A stretch of DNA of 64,000 nt from an uncultured Poribacteria bacterium (lineage in GTDB: Bacteria > Poribacteria > WGA-4E > WGA-3G): NCBI GenBank assembly GCA_958296135.2, contig CATQHZ020000001.1, positions 576,001-640,000 of the forward strand, read 5' to 3'. Shown piece by piece: positions 56,541 through 64,000 of the stretch (the stretch's first letter is position 1; each line of letters begins with the position of its first letter). The notes under the pieces were generated by a model. That model was not told the DNA's origin and searched no databases. It worked only from the letters and a program-made list of their open reading frames with translations. The translations under genes and the position numbers were made by a program.

Positions 56541-56574
56541 CTTCAGAAGAGACACAGAAATTTCAGGCTGCTTT

Positions 56575-57148
56575 CAGCATGATGCGATGGTTCGACTGCA
56601 TCGGCATCATGTCACTTTGAACATTTTCCGCATCGATGTCGGGTTGAAATACTACATCAATTCCCGATGGATGCTGGAAGCGAACATTCCGTATGAATCC
56701 AAGGTGCAGGAGGCAACAGTAGAGGCCCTGGCTGATTATCCGAAATCCCATCGCTGATTGCTATTATCGCGTGCCGATTTACGGGAATCTGGCTGCAAAT
56801 GTGAGCCTACGCGGGAAGCTGCCGTTCTATGAAAACAGCAAAACCTATCGCGGTTTGAGGGAGCTCACCTATACGGCGGGATTGCATTACCGATTCACCG
56901 ATTGGCTGTCAGTTCATACGAGTTACCTCGGGTTTTATCAAGCCTACGCCTATTGGGCAGGCGAACGGGATATTAACACGGGGCTCCGTTTCAGCATGAC
57001 ATCGCTTGGTGCTTCCGTCGCAATGCCGTATGATGCCACGCTGTCGTTGACGATGATGTTGCCGTTGCGGCAGGAGACGCTTTACGATGACAGCGATGCA
57101 TTTAAATTCGGTCCGTTGGTTTCGTTAACGGAGCTTTATGCGTTTTAA
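56575..57148 (+). pseudogene. Fragmented putative outer-membrane beta-barrel gene
   Basis: Startless piece HRHHVTLNIFRIDVGLKYYINSRWMLEANIPYESK, then the 56771-57148 piece ending in aromatic ...LYAF. Confidence 0.45.
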
Positions 57149-57196
57149 ACGACGAGGCCTTAGCACGTTCCACGTAAGTCCTGACGAGGCATAGCC

Positions 57197-59338
57197 ATGC
57201 ATTTTTTTAAACAAATCGTTTTCCTGACTTGCTTTGCTTTTATTATCGGGTGCGGTGTGCCGAACAACCCGTATCCGAAATCCGAGCAGGAGCAGGAAAT
57301 TTACTACAGCACTTTCAGCGAAGAGCCGAAGCACTTCGACCCGGGGGTATCCTACAGTTCGGACGAATATCGGTTTATTCAGCAGATTTACGAGCCGCCG
57401 CTGCAATACCACTACCTGAAACGGCCCTACGAGTTGATTCCGTTGACAGCAGAAAAGGTGCCGATACCGCGCTATTTTGATGCAGCGGGCCGCGCTTTGC
57501 CCGCGGATGCCGCCGCGGATTCGGTTGCACGCGCCGTTTATGAAATTCGCATCCGGCCAGGGACGATGTATCAGCCGCATCCCTGTTTCGCGAAGGATAA
57601 AACCGGCGAACTGCTCTTCCATAACCTGACAAAAGCTGATGTGAGGGGCTTCACCGAAGTCAAAGATTTCTCGATGACTGGCACACGCGAGCTCGTCGCG
57701 GCGGACTATGTCTACCAGCTCCAACGCATGGCAGACCCGAGCGTTTCTTGTCCGATTTTCAGTACGCTGGCGGACTATATTCTGGGTATGGGGGCGTATT
57801 CGGAGGCGTTGGGTGCTTCCGAATCGAGCGCGGGAGGGTTCTCCTATAGCGATGCGCCGTTCCCCGGTGTGAAAATAGTAGACCGGTATACCTATCAGAT
57901 TATCCTCAAGACGAAGTATCCGCAGTTCGTCTATTGGCTGGCGATGCCGTTCTTCTCGCCGATGCCGCAAGAAGCAATCGATTTTTACAGTCAGCCTGTG
58001 CTGCAAGAGCGGAACATCACCATCGACCGGTTTCCTGTTGGCACCGGTCCGTATCGCATTGAGACGCTTGTGCCTTACAAAGAGATTGTTCTCGTGAAAA
58101 ACGAGCATTTTCGGGTGGAACGGTATCCCTCCAACGGTGCGCCCGGCGACAGGGAAGCGGGGCTTTTGGATGATGCGTGGGACATCATCCCGTTTCTGCC
58201 GAGGGTTGTCTACAAGTTGGAGAAGGAGTATATCCCGCGCTGGAACAAGTTTTTGCAGGGGTATTACGACGGTTCCGGTATCTCATCGGATACGTTCGAC
58301 CGGGCAATCGCCTTTGACGACACCGGTGACCCGAGAGCCAGCGAGTTGTTGCAAGCGAAGCACATCGTTTTGCGCACGAGTGTGCGCCCGACGACACTCT
58401 ACCTCGGCTTCAATATGCAGGACGACATTGTCGGCGGCTACACGGCGGACAAACAGAAACTTCGTCAAGCCATCTCGATTGCGTTGGATTATGAAGAGTA
58501 TATCGAAATCTTTTTGAATGGGCGCGGTGTGATTTCGCAGAGCCCTATTCCTCCCGGCATTTTCGGCTACGAGGCGGGAGAAGTCGGCATTAACCCGTAT
58601 GTCTATCATTGGGATGTACAGGCGGGCCGCCCGGTGCGGAAATCGTTGGAGGAAGCGCGCCGACTTCTCGCGGAATCCGGCTATCCGGATGGGCTGGACA
58701 AAGACGGAAACCCGCTCATCGTCCATTTTGATAATGCGTGGACTTCTGCTGGCGCGACACCGCGCTTGGCGTGGATGCGTCGCCGGTTTGAGCAACTCGG
58801 CATTACGATGGAAAACCGAACGACAGATTACAACCGTTTTCGCGATAAGGTGCAGCATGCGAACTTCCAAATCATCTCGTGGGGTTGGAACGCGGACTAT
58901 CCGGATGCAGAGAACTTCATGTTTCTCCTCTACGGGCCGAACGGCCGGGCGAAATTCGGCGGCGAGAACACCGCCAACTACGACAATCCGGCATACAACC
59001 GGTTGTTTGAAAAGATGAAAAATATGGAGAATTCGCCGGCGCGGCTGGAGATAATTCGCCAGATGAAACAGGTGCTGCAACAGGATGCCCCGTGGGTGTT
59101 TACCTATCATCCTGTCTCTTTTGGGCTCTCGCATCAGTGGGTGAAGAATAGCAAACCGAGCCCGTTGGGTGGGAATACGCTGAAATATCTCCGCGTGGAT
59201 GCGCCATTGCGTGCGCAAAACCGAGCAGCCTGGAATAAGCCGATTACCTGGCCGCTGTGGGCATTTTTCGGCGTTCTCATTCTCGGCACTATTCCGGCGG
59301 TGATTACTATGTGGAAACGAGAGCGCGGGAGAGATTAA
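57197..59338 (+). CDS. ABC peptide/oligopeptide transporter substrate-binding lipoprotein (family 5)
   Basis: Lipobox IIGC; EPKHFDP, PVGTGPY, YLGFNM, LRQAISIALD, WNADYPD. Confidence 0.92.
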   Translation: MHFFKQIVFLTCFAFIIGCGVPNNPYPKSEQEQEIYYSTFSEEPKHFDPGVSYSSDEYRFIQQIYEPPLQYHYLKRPYELIPLTAEKVPIPRYFDAAGRALPADAAADSVARAVYEIRIRPGTMYQPHPCFAKDKTGELLFHNLTKADVRGFTEVKDFSMTGTRELVAADYVYQLQRMADPSVSCPIFSTLADYILGMGAYSEALGASESSAGGFSYSDAPFPGVKIVDRYTYQIILKTKYPQFVYWLAMPFFSPMPQEAIDFYSQPVLQERNITIDRFPVGTGPYRIETLVPYKEIVLVKNEHFRVERYPSNGAPGDREAGLLDDAWDIIPFLPRVVYKLEKEYIPRWNKFLQGYYDGSGISSDTFDRAIAFDDTGDPRASELLQAKHIVLRTSVRPTTLYLGFNMQDDIVGGYTADKQKLRQAISIALDYEEYIEIFLNGRGVISQSPIPPGIFGYEAGEVGINPYVYHWDVQAGRPVRKSLEEARRLLAESGYPDGLDKDGNPLIVHFDNAWTSAGATPRLAWMRRRFEQLGITMENRTTDYNRFRDKVQHANFQIISWGWNADYPDAENFMFLLYGPNGRAKFGGENTANYDNPAYNRLFEKMKNMENSPARLEIIRQMKQVLQQDAPWVFTYHPVSFGLSHQWVKNSKPSPLGGNTLKYLRVDAPLRAQNRAAWNKPITWPLWAFFGVLILGTIPAVITMWKRERGRD

Positions 59339-59374
59339 CATAACGGGGATGAAAGACACCTTGGAAACGAGAAA

Positions 59375-60358
59375 ATGTTGGCCTATATTATTCGGAGAAT
59401 CCTTTACGCGATTCCCATTCTTATCGGCGTGAATATCATCGTCTTCGTGCTTTTCTTCGTCATCAATTCGCCCGATGGTATGGCGCGTTCTATCCTCGGC
59501 GAAAAGAATATCACGCAAGAAGATGTGGACAATTGGAAACGCCAGAACGGCTACCATCTGCCGTTGTTCTTCAATACAGCGGCAGCGGGCGTTGCGAAGA
59601 AATTCACGCAGACTATCTTTTTCCAAAAGTCCGCGAAACTCTTCGTCTTTGATTTTGGCGTGTCGGATACGAACAACCTTGACATTACCTCGCAGATTTG
59701 GGAGCGGATGTGGGCGAGTTTGACTATTGCCGTGCCGACGTTCCTGCTGGGGTTGCTCGTCAATATCACTATTTCGATGATAGTCGCTTACTACCGTGCT
59801 ACCTACGTCGATTTCTGGGGGACCATCGTCGCCGTTATCATCATGTCGGTTTCGCAGCTCTTCTATATTATCGGGGGGCAGTGGTTGTTCGGCAAGCTAT
59901 TCCGTCTCTTTCCGATTTCGGGTTACGATGCGGGTGTGGAGTTGCTCAAGTTCGTGATTTTGCCGGTGGTTATCGGTATCCTCAGCGGCATCGGTGGTGG
60001 CATCCGATTTTACCGGACGATTTTCCTGGAGGAGGTGAACCGCGACTATGTCCGCACGGCGCGGGCGAAAGGCATGAGCGAGTCGGTTGTCCTCTTCAAA
60101 CATGCCCTCAAAAATGCGATGATTCCTATCTTGACGAACGTCGTCCTTGCGATTCCGTTCCTCTTTATGGGCAGTCTGGTGATGGAGGCGTTTTTCGCGA
60201 TTCCGGGGTTGGGCAGTTTCACGATTGAGGCGATTCAGGCGCAAGATTTCGCCATCGTTCGGAGCATGGTGTATCTCGGGTCGGTGCTGTATATTGTCGG
60301 TTTATTGATGACAGACATTAGCTATACCTTAGTCGACCCGCGTATTCGATTTGACTGA
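59375..60358 (+). CDS. ABC peptide transporter permease (OppB/DppB type)
   Basis: YIIRRIL, DFGVS, DYVRTARAKG..KHALKNA, DPRI. Confidence 0.93.
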   Translation: MLAYIIRRILYAIPILIGVNIIVFVLFFVINSPDGMARSILGEKNITQEDVDNWKRQNGYHLPLFFNTAAAGVAKKFTQTIFFQKSAKLFVFDFGVSDTNNLDITSQIWERMWASLTIAVPTFLLGLLVNITISMIVAYYRATYVDFWGTIVAVIIMSVSQLFYIIGGQWLFGKLFRLFPISGYDAGVELLKFVILPVVIGILSGIGGGIRFYRTIFLEEVNRDYVRTARAKGMSESVVLFKHALKNAMIPILTNVVLAIPFLFMGSLVMEAFFAIPGLGSFTIEAIQAQDFAIVRSMVYLGSVLYIVGLLMTDISYTLVDPRIRFD

Positions 60359-60460
60359 TTTTGGCCTGGCACCAAGCGGTACATGCCGGTAGGCGCGGTT
60401 TGAAATCGCGTATCGGGTAGGGAAAGCCCACCCCGCTTAGCGCGCTTACAAAGGAAGAAT

Positions 60461-60898
60461 ATGATAGCAGAAAAGAGAAGTTACCAAATTATCCAAGGGT
60501 TCATCAGTCTCGGTTTAGGCGGGCTCAGCATCGTCTTATCAATGACGCTTCAGCGTTCTGGACATCGTCCGGAGATGCTGTCGCTGTTTTTTGTTATCGG
60601 TGTGACGATGATTCTCACCGGCGATTATCTCATTAACTTGTTCAGAATGCCGGTAGCACCGGAGAAACAGGAGATTGCGAGCGATGTCGGTTTCATCGCT
60701 TACGGCGCGTTTTATATCGTTGTTGCTATGTCGCGTCTCCTGCAGTTCAACTTCATTCACCTGACTTTGCCGTCCTTTCTTCAGCCAATCTGGATTCGGC
60801 GCGGCGTTGCCGGTGTTGGGATTATCCTGATTGCCGGTGGCATTCAGGGGCTCTGGACGTTGTGGCAGCAAATGCAGCAAGCCGAGCTGTCCGAATAG
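60461..60898 (+). CDS. Hypothetical 4-TM membrane protein
   Basis: Four hydrophobic segments; AAGGAAG RBS. Confidence 0.65.
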   Translation: MIAEKRSYQIIQGFISLGLGGLSIVLSMTLQRSGHRPEMLSLFFVIGVTMILTGDYLINLFRMPVAPEKQEIASDVGFIAYGAFYIVVAMSRLLQFNFIHLTLPSFLQPIWIRRGVAGVGIILIAGGIQGLWTLWQQMQQAELSE

Positions 60899-60994
60899 GG
60901 TAACGGGCGGCGAGAGACATCCGCCCGTTACGGCGATAAGAAAGCCGGCGTGCATGGGTTACGCCTTAAATCTATCGCAATCGTCGCGCCTACA

Positions 60995-61300
60995 CTACCG
61001 CGCGATAATCACGGCATACCGGAGCGGCGTTTCACCTACATTCCGAATCCCGTGCAAGACGCGGCAATCAACATGGATGGCTTGGTTGTCGGTGAGGCGG
61101 TGTGTCTGTTCGCCGAAAAGCACCTCACCTTCGCCGGAGAAGACGTAGAAAATCTCCTGTCCATCGTGTTGATGCGGCGGATGCGCTCGCGTGCCAGTTC
61201 CCACCTCGGAGATGTGGAGATGCAGTTGTTCCGCATCCGCACCTTCCTCAAAGATAAACCTATCGATGCCTTTGATATCGGTTCTTACTGTTTCAGTCAT
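60995..61300 (-). CDS. Cupin-domain protein
   Basis: HPPHQH..QEIFYVFSGEG..LHGIRN. Confidence 0.88.
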   Translation of the reverse strand: MTETVRTDIKGIDRFIFEEGADAEQLHLHISEVGTGTRAHPPHQHDGQEIFYVFSGEGEVLFGEQTHRLTDNQAIHVDCRVLHGIRNVGETPLRYAVIIAR

Positions 61301-61439
61301 GGAAAGTTCCTCCCTAGTTTTTTTTCGGTTAATTTAGCATCTATCTCGGAATTTGTCAATTTATCGGCCTTGGGTAGAAGTGAGGCATCGCGGGGGACAG
61401 TGGACATCTCTGCAGCGAGGCGGCAGAGATGACAAAGTT

Positions 61440-61639
61440 AAAGTAAGTTGGCAAGCACTGGGTTCATCCACCAGACTGGCGAAGATAACAGCGCGGCATG
61501 CAGCGAGCGGGCGGCGCGCCCACCACTTGTGCAATGTGGAAGGATGTCCATGCGTGAGCGATGCATCCTTTGCGGCTTCTCGGTTGATTGCCTCTAACGG
61601 CAGGCTTACTTCTATGAGTTTGTTTCGGTATGTGGACAT
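61440..61639 (-). pseudogene. N-terminal stub of a DUF1156 (adenine-specific DNA methylase-associated) gene truncated next to a REP element
   Basis: [48 protein letters not shown], then runs into the catctctgc hairpin repeat (61388-61437). Confidence 0.8.
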
Positions 61640-61721
61640 GTGTTTCTCGCTATCTTGAGCTGCGTCAACCTTTTATTTTAATGATACTACATTTGCGCGT
61701 GGATGTCAAAGCCAATTATTG

Positions 61722-61930
61722 GATATGGCAATCTGCCCTGATACGCCACGGAAAACACTATAGTTCGCCGGAACGCTAATAACCTTAAGGTGCCCTGAGC
61801 CGACGGGGCTGCCATGTCATCTAATCTGGTCTGTTTGGGTTCGCCCGAGCCCGAACTATAGACAGAGACAACTAAAAGCCTCTGGGGATTCAGACAATTG
61901 CGGTTGACTAAAAACCTATAATTTGCTATA
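61722..61930 (+). ncRNA. Candidate long rod-shaped structured RNA upstream of the aquaporin (6S-like or c-di-AMP-riboswitch-like; unresolved)
   Basis: Nested pairings tatggcaa/ttgctata, tagtt-gccg/cggt-gacta, ctgag/ttcag, ggggct/agcctc, tgtc/gaca, gtctgt/atagac, ttgggttcg/cgagcccga. Confidence 0.4.
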
Positions 61931-61982
61931 AATAGCATACCATTTACTCGGTAATTCAATTTCAAAATTTAAGGGGGCTTTC

Positions 61983-62630
61983 ATGAATACAAAGAATCTT
62001 GTGGCTGAGTTTATCGGCACGTTCGCGCTCATCTTTATTGGGGCAGGCGCGCTGGCGATAACAGAAGCAAACTTAGTGGGCGTTGCACTCGCCCACGGCC
62101 TCGTCATTGTCACGTTCGCGTATGCTTACGGGCACATTTCCGGCACGCACATTAACCCTGCCGTGACGCTTGCGCTCCTCATCGCGGGAGAAATCCAAAT
62201 CGCCGCCGCTGTGGGGTATTGGATTGTGCAGTTTCTTGGCGGGATTTTGGGCGCGGTGGTGCTCAAAGCGGTGCTGCCCGAAGCGGGCGACCTCGGCGTG
62301 ACGATTTTAGGGAGCGGCGTGACACAGACGCAAGGGCTCATCGTGGAGCTCGTACTCACTTTCTTCCTCGTCAATACGATTTTCAATACGGCGGTGAGCG
62401 GCAAGGCGGGGAACTTCGCGGGACTCGCGATTGGACTGACGTTAGTGCTGGCCATTCTCATGGGCGGACCGCTGACGCGCGCGTCACTCAATCCTGCACG
62501 GACGTTGGGACCAGCCATCGTCAGCGGGAATTTCGCTGATATTTGGCTCTATTTTGTCGGGCCGGCGGTTGGGGCGGTGCTTGCCGCGCTGCTCTATGTC
62601 GGTGTCTTGAAGGATAAAGATTCGGCGTGA
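61983..62630 (+). CDS. MIP-family aquaporin
   Basis: AEFIGTF, HINPAVT, SLNPART. Confidence 0.95.
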   Translation: MNTKNLVAEFIGTFALIFIGAGALAITEANLVGVALAHGLVIVTFAYAYGHISGTHINPAVTLALLIAGEIQIAAAVGYWIVQFLGGILGAVVLKAVLPEAGDLGVTILGSGVTQTQGLIVELVLTFFLVNTIFNTAVSGKAGNFAGLAIGLTLVLAILMGGPLTRASLNPARTLGPAIVSGNFADIWLYFVGPAVGAVLAALLYVGVLKDKDSA

Positions 62631-62639
62631 GTTTAACCT

Positions 62640-62984
62640 CTTCCGGTAGGCGGGACATCCTTGTCCCGATACTTCCGGTAGGCGGGACATCCTTGTCCCG
62701 ATACTTCCGGTAGGAGGGACATCCCGGTCCCGATACTTCTGGTAGGAGGAATAGCCTTCACCCGATACTGCACACATCGAGACCAGGAGGTCTCTCCTAC
62801 TGCAAGAGAAGAAGGCGAGATCTGCACACATCGAGACGCAGGAGGGCTCTCCTACTGCAAGAGAAAAAGGCGAGATCTGCACACATCGAGACCAGGAGGT
62901 CTCTCCTACTGCAAGAGAAGAAGGCGAGATCTGCACACATCGAGACGCAGGAGGGCTCTCCTACTGCAAGAGAAGAAGGCGAGA
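62640..62984. repeat. REP tandem arrays: 4 x 32 bp then 4 x 54 bp
   Basis: Units start at 62640/62672/62704/62736 and 62768/62822/62876/62930; no unique spacers. Confidence 0.92.
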
Positions 62985-63018
62985 CCACGGGGGCACTCGC
63001 CTTCTTCTGTGCGCGAGG

Positions 63019-63471
63019 TTATGCATTCACCTCGATTGGGATTTCCTTGGGTTTCACCTCTTCCGCTTTCGGCACGGTGAGCGTCAAGACACCATCGCGG
63101 TAGGTTGCGGTGATGGCATCGGCATCGACGTTCGGCGGGAGCGTGAAAGCCCGCTGGAAGCTGCCGTAGTGGCGTTCGACCCGGCGGTAGTTTTTCCCGT
63201 CGTCCGTCTGTTCCTGCCGTTTTTCGCCTCGGAGGGTGAGGACGTTGTCTCGGACAGAGACGTTGACATCGTCCTGCGTGAGTCCGGGCAGTTCGGCGCG
63301 GACTTCAAAGGTGTCGTCCGTTTCGGAAATATCGACGGCGGGGTTCCAGGTGTCTGCTTTCGCTTCCGTTTGCGCGTTCGGCTCGGCGAACAGGTTGTGG
63401 AAGAATTGCCCCATCTCGTTCTGAAGATTGAACAGGCTTCCTGCCGGTCTGCGTAAGGTTACGTAATTCAT
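63019..63471 (-). CDS. Hsp20/alpha-crystallin small heat-shock protein
   Basis: PAVDISE, AELPGL, LTLRGEK, ERHYGSFQRAFTLP, DGVLTLTVPK; AGGAG spacing favours ATG 63471. Confidence 0.95.
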   Translation of the reverse strand: MNYVTLRRPAGSLFNLQNEMGQFFHNLFAEPNAQTEAKADTWNPAVDISETDDTFEVRAELPGLTQDDVNVSVRDNVLTLRGEKRQEQTDDGKNYRRVERHYGSFQRAFTLPPNVDADAITATYRDGVLTLTVPKAEEVKPKEIPIEVNA

Positions 63472-63546
63472 TTTCATTCTCCTTTTTGTTTTAGTGTTGA
63501 CATTATCGTTGCAAATGCCAAACTTTGTTTTGTCTATAACGTTTTT

Positions 63547-63603
63547 AGCAATTTCTATGCCAAAAGTTGGCACGCTGCAAAAGATATAGCAAATTGCGTG
63601 CCA
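63547..63603 (-). promoter_or_regulatory. Two tandem sigma-54 promoters upstream of hsp20
   Basis: TGGCATAG-AAA-TTGCT (63547-63562) and TGGCACG-CAAT-TTGCT (63588-63603). Confidence 0.8.
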
Positions 63604-63679
63604 AATGCAGCCGAGATAACTTGGGGCCCTGGATGGGGACGCGCTGATGGCTCGGGCGGTTTTCGCTCAACCGAAAGAC

Positions 63680-64000
63680 CGCGAGGGACAGGTTTTCCCT
63701 CGCACTACGGTTAAAAGGGCCCTTCAGTGAAAAGCCCTTAGTCCGTAGGGCGCGGTCCTGTGCCGCGCCGTGCTTCGGTCTATCAAGGGGCTTCGCGAGG
63801 GACAGTGGACATCTCTGCAGCGAGGCTGCAGAGATGACAACGTTTCGGCGTGACGGCCCTCGCGCTACGGTTAAAAGGGCCCTTCAGTGAAAAGCCCTTA
63901 GTCCGTAGGGCGCGGTCCTGTGCCGCGCCGTGCTTCGGTCTATCAAGGGGCTTCGCGAGGGGCAGTGGACATCTCTGCAGCGAGGCTGCAGAGATGACAA
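63680..64000. repeat. 160-bp tandem REP-composite repeat (2 or more copies, runs off the window)
   Basis: ctacggttaaaagggcccttcagtg at 63705 and 63865; contains the catctctgcagc hairpin. Confidence 0.9.

Noticed and set aside
58283-59626. Long antisense ORFs (447 aa here; also 12510-13643, 8271-9266, 57125-58108)
   Set aside because: Shadow frames of well-supported genes in a GC-rich genome; no recognisable motifs.
62640-62984. Possible CRISPR array
   Set aside because: Units are head-to-tail REP copies with no unique spacers, and there are no cas genes in the window.
63568-63583. Plus-strand sigma-54 promoter TGGCACG
   Set aside because: Lacks the -12 TTGC at the correct spacing.

Overview
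This is a 64-kb GC-rich bacterial chromosomal window. It is most likely Candidatus Poribacteria, inferred from LamG proteins ending in a V-x-x-x-x-KL-x-x-TW-x-x-(L/I)K tail, PhyH/sulfatase/FGE content and dense GTAG-REP repeats. I found no rRNA, tRNA, CRISPR array or intact transposase. Most genes are ordinary: DinG, HtrA, ComM, a K+ channel, cyclophilins, an ABC peptide transporter, an aquaporin and Hsp20. The most striking feature is a sigma-54 island at about 41-49.3 kb. It is headed by a single ORF that fuses a full DNA polymerase III beta clamp (DnaN) to a tail-less FtsZ GTPase, sits behind a perfect sigma-54 promoter, and is followed by two sensor-less sigma-54 activators, duplicated enhancer DNA and secreted proteins. 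Other notable items: a giant flotillin with 88-aa tandem repeats; three paralogous methyltransferase-endonuclease fusions with swapped specificity regions (one with an in-frame G10 tract, one bracketed by ~95-bp direct repeats); a four-copy covarying AAC-loop hairpin element that seems to supply leaders/starts to unrelated genes; REP DNA translated inside proteins; and several unassigned structured intergenic RNA candidates. All assignments come from reading motifs by eye; no database searches were run.
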